A program made the position numbers and the translations under genes. Of a stretch of 64,000 nucleotides of DNA, positions 40,501 to 53,500 are shown piece after piece; the first letter of the stretch is position 1; every line of letters begins with the position of its first letter. This DNA comes from Podarcis erhardii (lineage: Eukaryota). The stretch lies in the NCBI GenBank assembly GCA_964252035.1, contig OZ176200.1; one strand, written 5' to 3'. The notes under the pieces were generated by a model. It made no database searches. It was not told where the DNA came from and was given only the letters and a program-made list of their open reading frames with translations.

Positions 40501-43500
40501 GATCCCTAGGTGTCCAAAAACCAGTTACATTCTCTCAGACAAGTTTACCTCACAGGGTTGTTGTGAGGATAAAATGGGAGGGAGAAGAATTAGGATGCTG
40601 CATGAAGGAAGGGTGGAATATTAAAGCTAAAAAAGTCAACATGACCTTTATGTCCTTACCAGCCCTATACAAGGGCAATTTCTATTGTACAATAGTTAAT
40701 AGAGTTAATGTGAGTTTCTGCTTAAAAAATAATTCTAAAGGGTCTTTCTAATTAGGCTGTTGGTTAAAGAATGTCCTAGGATAAAAGCTGCAAAATATCA
40801 GTGCACATACCATTTTCTATGCTGAGAGTACATGGGTTCTCAAAAATATTTTTGATGTCAGGACAATTGGCCTGTGCTTTCCACGTGTTGGCAAATGCAG
40901 CTGAAGTTCCTTCTACTACTCCACTGGCAGCTTTGAAGTCATCTGCTTGGACATTGTTGAAGTTTCCACAGAGACCTGGAACAAAACCATGGGGACTTTA
41001 AATAACAACAACAACAACAATAATTTTATTATTTATACCCCGCCCATCTGGCTGGGTTACAGCACATAAAAAATGGTAAAACATTAGACATTTAAAATTT
41101 CCCGATACAGGGTTGCCTTCAGATGTCTTCTAAAAGCCAGATAGTTGTTTATTGCCTTGACATCTGATGGGAGGGCGTTCCAGAGGGCGGGCGCCACTAC
41201 CAAGAAGACCCATTGCCTGGTTCCCGGCAACCTCACTTCTCACAGTGAGGGAACCGCCAGAAGGCCCTCAGAGCTGGACTTTAGTGTCCGGGCTGAACGA
41301 TGGGCGGTAGAGACGCTCCTTCAGGTATACTGGGCCGAGGCTGTTTAGGGGATTAAAGGTCAGCACCAACACTTTGAATTGTGCTCGGAAATGTACTGGG
41401 AGCCAATGTAGGTCTTTCAAGACTGGTGTTATGTGGTCTCGGCGGCCGCTTCCCAGTCACCAGTCTAGCTGCCACATTCTGGATTAGTTGTAGTTTCCGG
41501 GTCCCCTTCAAAGGTAGCCCCACGTAGAGTGTGTTGCAGTAGTCCAAGCGGGAGATAACTAGAGCATGCACCACTCTGGTAAAACAGTCCGCGGCAGGTA
41601 GGGTCTCAGCCTGCTTTCCAGATGGAGCTGGTAGACTGCTGCCCTGGACACAGAATTGACCTGCGCCTCCATGGACAGCTGTGAGTCCAAAATGACTCCC
41701 AGGCTGTGCACCTGCTCCTCCAGGGGCACAGTTGCCCCATTCAGGACCAGGGAGTCCCCCATACCCCACAGTACACCTTTCCTGTCAGGATTCAACTTTA
41801 AATCCTTGCAATCCTTCATACAGCATCACAGTGATTTCAGTGAACATCTCCTCTATGTCTTGAGACTAATGACTAATTGACTCACTTACCACATGTCTGC
41901 TCTTTGTGGGTTGGGTCCAAGCGTACAAATAATTGCATGATGGGCACGAGCTGGATCTGTAACTGGAGGCCGAATTTTGTATCCACAACGATGAAGAAGG
42001 ATGAGGGCCTGAAGATGGTGACATTGGCTGTCGAAGTGGAATATAATGAGTTTACTAATGGAACCAAACATTTCATCAGGTGTCAACTGATCATTCATAT
42101 GGCTATGGCATTTGCTACAAGGGGGAGGCACGAGGGTATGTGCATTTTGCATACTTAACAATGAGGTAACAACTGTTTATGCTTAGCATTTTAACCATTT
42201 TCCCTAGTAAATGGCCTTCTAGCATAAGAGAAAAGTCCAAAATCCTAAGAACATCAGAAGAGCCTTGCTGAAGGTATCCCTCATCTTGAGAACAATAATA
42301 GAGTAGGAGAGTGAAGAATGATGAATGCCATGTGTTATCTCTGAAAGGAGAACTTACATGCTGAGATAGGCAGCTGGGAAAGGATCATATTCACATACAC
42401 GACCCCAGTAGACTTGATCACAACTACCTGGCAGAGGAGAAAGGTAAAGATAATGATGAACAAGTATGGTTAAAAATATCATATGTGCTTGTTTTCCTGT
42501 TTCTTTGTGACTTTGGATGACACTGCTCATGCACATAAACTTCCAACAAAATCCACATTGTATTGCATCTGTAGCAGTGAAGCCTCTGACACCAGTTGAC
42601 TGTGCTGGAAATGAACTGTTCATGAATGCTCCAACTGCTCAGGAAACAAAGCTGCTAGAATGTTTGGAATAACTTTTATGAGGGAAGGGACAACTGTCAA
42701 TTGACTGGAATTAAATCCTCACCCAGCTCTCTATGGATCAGAGTAGGTTTGTGGGGCAGTCTGGAGAATGGGAAGAATCACAAGGAGATAAGGAAGCAAA
42801 GGGAGGGAGGGAGAAACCGGAAGCAAGTTAGTTGAAGGAAGAGAGCACTAGGCCAAGAAACAGTAACCAGAGGAAAGGATAGATATGGGGAAGGAGACTT
42901 GAAGAAAGGAGCATTGGAAACAAAGAAGTGGGAAGAGAAGGAAAATGTGCAAGGAAGGAAAGGTGGAGGGCTTGAGGTTGTGGGGCAGTGGGCCTGCAAT
43001 ATTATGAAATCTAGACTGTGAAAGGACTTACTGTAACCTAGAGGGGAAATGAGGGCCACACAAGGGGACTGAAGTTCACATTCTGATTGGGACAGGTCAG
43101 TTGGTTTATTGTTAGGAGTAGTAATTGAGACTAGGAGATAAAACTGAGCAGTTCTACACATTTTGCATAAGACTGAACATATTTGCTGTTTCACTGTGGG
43201 CGGAAGGAGTGCTTCTAAAAATCAGTGTGTAATCTCCCTTTTGAGCATATAGTTGGCCTTGTTTTCCATACTTACTGTCTCTCCTCCATCTATGTTGATG
43301 GCGATGCCTTTCAGGCAGGTCTCGGTGTCTGTCAGGCCACATTTTCGAATGTCTCCCAGAACAGTGAAGGCCTTACTGTCACAGAGCTGGAAGTAAAGAA
43401 CACAGAGTGTAGGCAGCATGCAATGCTTGGCTTTTTATATAATCATTACCGCATGGCTTTTGAGCTAGCTGGGTTGTTTATTTAAAATAATGACAGCCTG

Positions 43501-46500
43501 CTTTTCGTTGTCAATATGGGGCAACTTCCCACAATTAAAACAATATAATGTCATTTTTACAACACGTTGCTAACACGTTTTAAAAAACAAAGTATGATAT
43601 AAATAAGACTAAAACGTGATAATTTAGCAAGTCAAATATCATGCCAAGTTCCCATGGAAGATTAAGAGCTTGCCTAAAGAAGCATACTTTACCTTGTATT
43701 TGAAAGGCAAGGAAGATCATAGAATTGACATTTCTCTTAGAAGGGTGTTTCACAGAATAGGAGCTAGTGCTGTAAAAGGTCTATCCCTTGCTCCCATTGA
43801 TATTTCATTGCAATAGGGCATCCTCTCCATTATCTTAATGGGCAAGAGGGCTCATGAGGTAAAAGAGCTCCCAGTGTTTTGCTGGACCAACACCTCCAGA
43901 TGCTGCTGAACTACAACTCCCATAATCTCTGACTGTCCAGAGGCCCTGGCTTAGGGCTTTATACAGGAAGTAATCTGAGGAGATGTGCTGATTTGAAGTG
44001 AAAGCTTCTGGACTGGATGTAAACTAAATTAGTCATACTTTAGCCCCATTGAAATTAAGTATTGGCTAAGCTCAAGTCCCATTAATTTAATGGGAACTAA
44101 GTCCAACTAGATGGGATGCGGGTGGTGCTGTGGGTAAAACCTCAGTGCCTAGGACTTGCCGATCGCATGGTCGGCGGTTCGAATCCCCGCGGCGGGGTGA
44201 GCTCCCGTCGTTCGGTCCCAGCTCCTGCCCACCTAGCAGTTTGAAAGCACCCCCAAGTGCAAGTAGATAAATAGGTACTGCTTTATAGCGGGAAGGTAAC
44301 GGCGTTTCCGTGCGCTGCGCTGGTGCAGGCCACGTGACCCGGAAGTGTCTTCGGACAGCGCTCCCGGCCCCTTAAGCGAGATGAGCACACAACCCCAGAG
44401 TCGGATACGACTGGCCCGTACGGGCAGGGGTACCTTTACCTTTACCTTTAACTTTACCTTTTTTAAGTCCAACTAGCCAACCTAGCAGTTCAAAAGCACA
44501 TCAAAGTGCAAGTAGATAAATAGGTACCGCTCCGGCGGGAAGGTAAACGGCGTTTCCGTGCACTGCTCTGGTTCGCCAGAAGCAGCTTAGTCATGCTGGC
44601 CACATGACCTGGAAGCTGTACGCCGGCTCCCTCGGCCAATAAAGCGAGATGAGCGTCGCAACCCCAGAGTCGGTCACGACTGGACCTAATGGTCAGGGGT
44701 CCCTTTACCTTTACCTTTAAGTCCAACTAGCTTAGTCTCAATCGGCGTTTTGTGAGATGAGCCTTGTCAATGAGGCTGTGTCCTTCAGATGTAGCATACA
44801 CATAAAATCTATAGGGACTCAGACCCAAGATTTTCCAGGCCCCATTCCATCTCCCCAGCCACTAAAAAACACTCTATGTGCTTGGTTTCCCAGTCTGAGA
44901 AATACACTGCAATACTTAAACAGCAGTGAATTAAACTAGCCTTCCGCAACCTAGTACCCTCCAGATGTTTTTGGATTCCAACTCTCATCATCCCAGACCA
45001 GGGCCATGGTGGCTGGTGCTGAAGGGGGTTGTTGACCAAAATATCCAGGTTGAGGAAGGCTGAATTGAACAGTTGCATATGAAATTCCCAAAGCATGGCA
45101 ACTGCAGTTCTTTCCTATGGGACTTTTGCAAAAGCCTGCTGTCATCAACGTACTTATTTTATGTTGGACTCTTTGCTGGGGTTTCCTGTGTACAGAAAAT
45201 TACTGTTGATGTCAATATCTTAATTAAATCAAACCTTTTTCCTGTGACATTCTAACCAAGCCATTTTGATCCCTGCATGTGGGGATTTCTCCATTGCAAA
45301 CCTCCCCAAAAGTTAAATATTGCCTTTTCGTTACCTTAGTTAAGACATAGCTACAGTCCCCAAAGACCGAATAACGTTTCTCATCAAATGTGGAGATGTG
45401 GGAGCCTCCTTCAACAGAGCACATTCCGGGGCAGTCAAGGCTGACACAGGCCCACTGGCCTCCAGTACATGTACTGAAGAGAAGAGAGTGGTGTGCATCA
45501 GGTGACAGTGTACACAAGGAAAACAAAACAAGCAAAAAAGAAAAGTACAATAATTAAAGCTAGGCTATTTTAATACACTTATTTCCCTTTCTTTAAGTGC
45601 TGCTGTAGGTTGTGGTCTTTTATTAATGAACAACTTTTCTGTAGGTAATCCAATGTTCCTTGATGAGCTATAGCAATGTTAATAACTGTTTTTGAAAGAC
45701 GTTGAAGCAATAAACAATAAATCATAACCCGTGTATTCCTGAAGGCTTCATATTTCAAAACACACTGCCGAAATGGGGCCCTTTAGTTAATTTTGGAATA
45801 GAAATGGATTGATGTCGCATATTTGAACAAAAGCCTCTTTAAACCTTCATCTCCTTCATATACAATATGAATGCATTCAATGGGTTGTTTTTTTTTATTA
45901 AAAAAAATGGGGTTTCTCCTCCACCTCCTCCTTCACAATGACATTAACCTGCTCCTTAAAAAAAAATCCTCAAATATCTCCTCTTCTTTGTGAATTTTGA
46001 TGTCAAATATACCTGGAGGGATATCCTAGAAACAGCAGGATATCCTTTGAATATGGATACCTGTACTTGACATTCAGCCATATTAATTCACTCATATTAA
46101 TCTGATGCCTGTCAGTTGGTGTTTTTTCAGTATTTTGTAGCTTATTTTGTTTCATATCATTTATAGTCTACCTTTCTTCTGTCACGGAACCCAAGGGAGC
46201 ATCCATGTGGCTCCAGCTTGCAGTGTTTTAGCATTTGACGCAATTGACACTAAAGTAGTAAACATCAATACTGAGATTCTTTTTTTAATACCACAACATT
46301 CTACGCTTGAGTCATTATTCCCATCACATTTATTTTTTAGGCAATAGGAATGAGCAGATGTGGGTGTCTTACCATGCAGTGCACTGGGATGCAAAAGAAG
46401 CTCCAGGAGAATAAGTGTCTCCATTGTAAGTACAGTGACAGTCCTTCACAGCGATGCAACCAGAGCTGCTTATGTCATCGAACACAGTGCCTAAAAGAAT

Positions 46501-47552
46501 AAGGAGGTAGGTTAGGTATCAGTCACATTGCTTTTAAGATCTGTGAGGCACATTACACCATTCCACTGACTTTGGTATTGTCATGCCAGACTCCTGATGG
46601 CAACCTACCATGTTACCATTTTCCAGTAGCTCGAGAAATTGGCATTGTGGGAGCTGCATTATGTGGGATATAATCCACTGGGAGCAGTCAAGTACAACAT
46701 TCCTTGTTTTGCTAGAGTGAACATGCAAGGGAATGTTTGGTTCAGCCAGTCAAAACTTCCTGTCTTCCTGGCCTGGAGCATCCTTCCTTGCATGAGACTA
46801 GTAGGTGGGCATGACCTTTCCAGACCTGGTAAAAGGCAAGTCACACTGCTACCTTCCCCTTTTCGACCTTCCCGTTTGTACTGCTGGCTGCCACAGCAGC
46901 TCCCCATGTTATCTCCCATATGAGGTAAACCTGTTTGTACATGTGTGTAACTTTAAGCCTAAAGCCTGCCTTCAGGGATTACACTGTGCTCTGCCTGATC
47001 GTGAGTAAAAGAAGAGAAGAAGAAGAGTTTGGATTTGATATCTCGCCTTTCACTCCCCTTCAGGAGTCTCAAAGCGGCTAACATTCTCCTTTCCCTTCCT
47101 CCCCCACAACAAACACTCTGTGAGGTGAGTGGGGCTGAGAGACTTCAAAGAAGTGTGACTGGCCCAAGGTCACCCAGCAGCTGCATGTGGAGGAGCGGAG
47201 ACACCAGATTATGAGACTACCGCTCTTAACCACTACACCACACTGGCTCTAACTACTTTTTGTTACTTATGAATAAGACTGTGGTGTCTTTATTCTTTTA
47301 GGAGGGATTCAGAAGGGGTCTTATCAGGAACATTAGAACATATCTCAATCTGGGCAACCCAGATTGAATTGTTTATTGTCTTAAGAAACTCACATGAGTT
47401 TGCAACCAGTTTTCTGCTCTGTAAGAAGGGGAACACACTCTAGCAGAGTGAAGAAACTTGCTAGTGCAAGTTGGGAAGGATATTAATAATCAATATATCC
47501 TTTCCTGCCACCCTCAACATTCCCACACATTAAACACCTGTAGCAGTAGTAG

Positions 47553-47583
<31 letters not shown>

Positions 47584-50500
47584 TCTTGACCAGGTTTGCT
47601 TTGTTTTAAGAGATGCTGGATCAGTTCATTGAGCCATCCAACTGAACACCCTGCCCTCATAAAACTTGCCAGTCATTCACTCTCAGCAAAGTTCACAGGA
47701 ATTTCTTTTCCCCCCTTTCTGCTAATACTAGAACTAAGCATCACCCATTTTAAAAAATGAAAAAGAACGATCTTTTTGATTGTATGTATTTCTAGTTTGC
47801 CTTTCTGCAAGAGTGTATGACCTTTCCAGCAAGAAGTATTATAAAATAATTGAAAACATTTTAAAAATAAAATTAAAACATGCAAAGAAGTGTGCATATA
47901 TTAAATTTTTAATTTGCCTATCCACAAAAGCACTCTATAAAGATATGTAGAAAAAACAAGATCCAAAATAAATCCAAAAGTGGGGGGGGGGATTAAGAAC
48001 CACCCTTAATTTTCATAGCAGAGGATAGCAGTCATGACTATCTCATTTAAAACTGTAACTGAGGAAGCTGTTTTCTATGGAAAGCTATTAATATCCAGAG
48101 CCCCTGCTGTCAGCCTAATGTTGTTTGTTGACTTACCTGGTGGACAAAAGCAGCCATCTGTACAATGATCTTCACAGAGCTGGGACCTTTCGGGATTGGT
48201 ACAAGTATTAGAACAGGGGGAGCCACATTCCTGGTGCACCATATTGAAAGGGCATGTCTTGGCTGAAAGGAGACATGAATTAAGAAACATTAGATGACCC
48301 GCTATGTAATTTTTGTGTTGGTTGTTTTCTTGAGGTGAAATTGCTTTAAACAAATGGTGTTTTATGTTCTGGTGATTTTTTTTTTTTTTTTTAAGCAGGA
48401 GTATGGAAAACAAGCCCAGTGAGGGGAAAATTAAGAAACTGGGTATATGTATACTAGGCAGAGACAAGAAAGCATACTTCTAATACATGAAGAACTGTTG
48501 CACCAAACAGGGAAAAATTGTGTCTTCTGCTGCCCCAGAGGACAGGACTAAATCAAATGGGCTTAAGCTACAGGGGGTAGACTTCAGTGGAACAGGAGGA
48601 GAATCTTTTTTGATGGAAAGTTCTATTCAAGAATGGAATCCATTGCATGGGGTTGGAGAGTTCCCTCTCTCACTAGAAGTCTTTAAGCAGAGGCTGGGCA
48701 ACCATCTGTTGGGCTTACTGGATTTTTGTATTAAGCAAAGGATTAGGCTAGACGGCCTACAACAGTGCCCCCCACATTATGATTAATTGAGTCTGACCCA
48801 GAGAGGCGGAAGTGCCTTTCAGAGATACTTACCACACAGGTCTTCTGTCCTCCATTCCATTGGCAGTCCGCCAGCATGGGCACATTGCCGGGAATATTCA
48901 GCAAAGGTGTTGCAAATGCAGTAATCAGTGGCAGACTTATCACAGCTGCACAAGTCTTGTACGCAAGCATCAATGTAATCTTGTACTTCAACCAGTGCAT
49001 TGCAGCCCATGAATGCTTCACCAGTCAATACTGTTTGGCAGACAGTACTCTGGAAGTAGGAAATAGACAGTGTGTGTAATCAATGGGCTTCATAAAGCGC
49101 CAGTTAGCTATTGAACTACTACTGATTTTAACCAATGATATTTGTAAGTTAGCATTTATTTCCAAAAGTTCATTGTCTCAGTGTCTTTTGCATTCCCTGA
49201 AGACAAAGCAAAGGGAAAGAAAATATCAGATCTCCCTTAAAAAGAAGGTACAACAAAAAGAATCCTTACAAACTCCTGACTGCAATTGCTTGCAGCTGAA
49301 GGGGCAGGATCTTGGCATTCTTCGGTGGGTCCATCCATCTTCTGCATGTTTCCAAACTGCACAGGATTCAGTTTGATGTCTGCAATAAGTATGAATAGCA
49401 TTATTTTCAAAATGGTCATCCTAAAATTGTAGGTAGAGCAGGAGTAGATAGGGTACAGTCAACCCTACTGGTCCAGGGTGGCAAAGGCCACATCTTTATT
49501 TTCTTTATGCCAGATAAGTTTGGCAGATGGATGTAGAAGCAAGAGCTTGAGCCCATGAGGTGACAGCCAGGTCAACTACTGGAAAGATATATTTTAAAAG
49601 TCCCCATCCCTACCCATTTACCTCAAGAAAGCCCAGATTCTTGTCCCATACCTATGCATTAACAAATTCCAAGTTGTGATTAATCTAACAGCTATAGTTC
49701 CTACTAAGGTCAATGAGGTTAAAGTAAAAACACCCACATCTGTCTGCATCATCTTGTTGGCAATCCCAACCAAGATGCCTTCCTGGCCACATCAAACCAG
49801 AAGTTGCTCAAGATCCATGGTGCTGGATGGGCTGTTATCCTTTAGGACAGATGGGTTAGTGTATAAGACCAAAAACAGAATGTAGGTCTGCCCTCTTTCA
49901 AACTTCCATGAAGGAATCCTACCCACGTCTGCCTTGAAAGATCCTGCATCCCAGAATAGCACTATGTAGTGGCATAGGTCAGGGAGACAAGATATAGCCA
50001 GGTCAGAAACTTGGAGGAGGATGTTCTCTGCTACATCATTACTCTCCTTGCTTGACACAAACTCAGGAAAGGGCCATAGCTCAGTGGTAGAGCAAGTGTT
50101 CTACATAGAGAAGGCCCCATGTTCAATTCCTGGTGTCTCCTGGTAGGACTAGAAGAGACCCATGTCTGAAACCTTAGAGCTGACACCAGCCAGCATAGAC
50201 AGAGCTAAGCTAGATGGACCAATGGTATAAGGCAGCTTCCTATGTTTGTATATTCAAAGTTGGGAGCCCCGTTCCCACATTAAAAAAAAAAAAAATACTC
50301 ATGTTTTAAAGATGTAATAGACCATTTACAGAATTAGCTACAAAAAGACAGGGAAAACAAAGACTGCAATTTTTGCAAGAGATCACTTCAACAGACGATC
50401 CTTGGTCCTTTTAAAATGCCACACAGCCTTTCACAAGTGTTTGCCAATATAAACATTGCCATCTTACAAATGAACTTTCAGAAACAATAACAACAGAACT

Positions 50501-53500
50501 GCCTGTGTGCGTTGTTGTGTGTGTATGTGGGGGGTTTGTATACTTACTGTTAGAAACAAATTCATTGAAAGTTGAGATTCCATTGAAGTCTCCACAAAGT
50601 CCACAAGTCTGATTAGCATATTTCTCATTCAGTTCAAGCTAAAACAAATGGGGGAAGCAAGAGATAAGTATAGTGAAAGCACAAAGTGTTGAATATGATG
50701 AATAAAAATGAGAGCTGATTGGTGGTTTTGCATGAGAGTGGTGAACAACTGATGTACAGATGAACCCAATATTTACAAGCTGATTGAGCTTGTAAATATT
50801 TACTACCTGACTGAGCTAAATTTGAATGGCTCATTTTGATTACTCTCTATTCTTAGAACAGTTTCCCCTTCTTCCTTGAACCCTTCCCCACCACATCATC
50901 TTCCATGTTGGTCTGACAGGCTCCCCAACCCCCTGGAACAGATTTGAGTGGGGGCATGTGGGCCTGAAGAGAGAAGAGGGAAATGAAAAAAGAAAAAAAA
51001 AGGAAGCACACTCATCACTTCTGCCTGTAGGAGTGTCTGGTTAGTGCAATTCTGCCCCTTCAAGTTTTGAACCAACCCACTGAATTAAGATATTAACATG
51101 ATGAAACACAATGACAGGACCACCAAAGAAATGATCCAAGAGCTCAAGAGAGCAAAAGGATATATTCTGGTTCTGGTTCACAATATCAGGCAAGACTTAT
51201 GAAGTCACTCATGAGTAAAATAAAACAAAAACAAAAAACAACCCTTTTTAAAAAATCTCAAGAGTTGTAGCTATTTTTACATTTCACTTTTAAAATAGTC
51301 TGAATTTAAGTGCTGGATTGTGCTTGTGCTTTTATATTCTAAAGCGTGTGGCTCAAGACCTTTCTCTAAAAGATATGCACTCAGGAATGCTGATTACATG
51401 AGAAAAGCGATTAATTTTTAGCAACAGCTTTCATCTTGTTTCCCCCCTCTTTACTAAGAAGAAGGTAATCTTGCGTTAGGTAATCTTCGATGCCGAATAC
51501 AGGCAAATTTGTTTTTCCCTAATTTCAAAACGAAATGGAGGGCATCACATCTAAACTGCAAATACTTTTAATCACCACTTACTTGCTAACAAACACAAGA
51601 TAAATAGTGTCATGGTTGTTCGTTACAAAACAGCATATTGAGCATTCATATTCTTACCAGAAGGCCATCCTCTTGGTTCCACATGATCACCAAGCCTAGC
51701 TTGGAAACAATTTTCAGGTAACCTGAGACTGTCTCCATCAAGATTCCCAAGTGGCTGTAGGGCAGCTGGACACTGGGGATAAAGCAAATTGCAACTGAAG
51801 GTGGCAAATAGAAAACCTCTCATTGACAAAAACCTAATTCATATTTTTAAGAACATTCATGGCATCCCTTCAATATAAACAGACACATGGTTGAAGCATA
51901 TGAAACTACCCCATTCTTATATGACTTGAAGACTGATGTGGCCCAGGTCTAACCATGACTATTTTCATGCAAAGACACTTTTCTCTTAACACTTTCACTT
52001 ATAAATCAGCCTTATTCCAGCACTTTAGGTGCCTGATGATAGGATTATGGCTCTCTGAAAACACTGGAGCCTGTGAACTACAGCTACAACCAATAAAAGC
52101 TGTGGCATTTATAACCCACCTTGGACTATGCATAGCTGTTTGCTCCTGTACCACACAGCCACTCTGTGTTGTTGGCCCCAATAGCATTAATAAGGTCGTT
52201 AGTAAAGTAACTGAACTTACTGTTCTGCATTGACAGTAATGGAGTGTGGGGTCAGTTCAATGGCTGCTCCATCAATTTTTATGATGATATGGCTGATAAT
52301 GGCAGCATTCTCAACCACAGAGCGCCTTATTTGGATGTTGAAGTCTTCATAATCAGATTTGCAGTGGGAGGAAAAGACGTAGTTGCAGGTGCCAGGGAAA
52401 TGGTAGATGTCCCCATCAAAGGTCTTGAAATGGAAGTTGCCCCATGTGCTACACACTCTCCCATTGTGAGCAGAGTTTCCGGCTGTGGATTCAAAATAAT
52501 CTGTAAGGTTCTACCCAAATCCTTCGCTCACCCACCCACCCACCTATCCATTCATCCAAGAATCATCCTCAGTTTATCTTCAAAATCTACATTTCTATAA
52601 AATATGGCCACACGATATTCTTTTATTTGCTCTTGATCTGTTGTTTGACCTTGAAGGGAAGCCCATGGGTTGTTTCCCTTTCCTTTGTTTCTTCCTAGTC
52701 CATTTCTAACTGATAGGATACTAAGGTTCAGTTTTGCAATCTTCCTTTCTGGAATACACCTGCTAAAGAGCCTTTGAAGTGAATGGAATGGAACTTGAAT
52801 CAGTGGGAGGAATACAACTTCTTGCTAATGAAATAGTTCCATCAAGGAAAGCATTTCAGCTTGCCATATGGAATAACCCCCCTCCCTTCCACCCCACCTC
52901 CCCAACCCCAATCTGGGCACTCTCCCAACTCACCAGAGCCAATGGTGGTGGGGGAGGACACAGGGGAGATGGGGAAGAGGAGCGGGGGAAGAGCCCCATT
53001 GCACAAGTGGAAGTCCTTGCATAGGGCTGCCACTGATAGGACTCATTTGTTGAAGTTCACCTAGTGAGTGGAAGATTATTGTCTAAAACACAAGAATGTG
53101 GTTTGTGGTTTACTTACCTTTCACAGCCAGAGTTGTTCTCATGGGAGGGATGATGGTCACAGGAGGACTACGAGATGATTTGACAAAAGCTGATGGAAAT
53201 AAATATGATTACAGCTTGTACCAGCATTTCCATAATGAAATAACAGAGAGATATCTCCAAATCCATTTGATGAATAAAGCTCTAATGCAGCTCCCCCCTG
53301 CCTGGCGCTCTCCAGACCTTCTGAACTACAACTTCCACAATCTCTTACTGTTGGCCTTGATGGCTGGGGCAATGAGAGTTCAACTATGATTCTCAATCCC
53401 CCACCCCTTCTATTCTGGATAGTGTGGCTTATAAATGCAAATTCTAGTGAGCTATTAAAGGATTCTAACGTAGAGGCCAAGTGGCTGGTGATGAAATCCT

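Noticed and set aside
42760-42970. GA-rich purine tract
   Set aside because: Ordinary low-complexity intronic sequence with no periodic unit or mirror symmetry that I could establish
50066-50140. tRNA-like sequence with A and B boxes
   Set aside because: Degenerate stems and it runs directly into a SINE body, so it is a SINE head and not a tRNA gene
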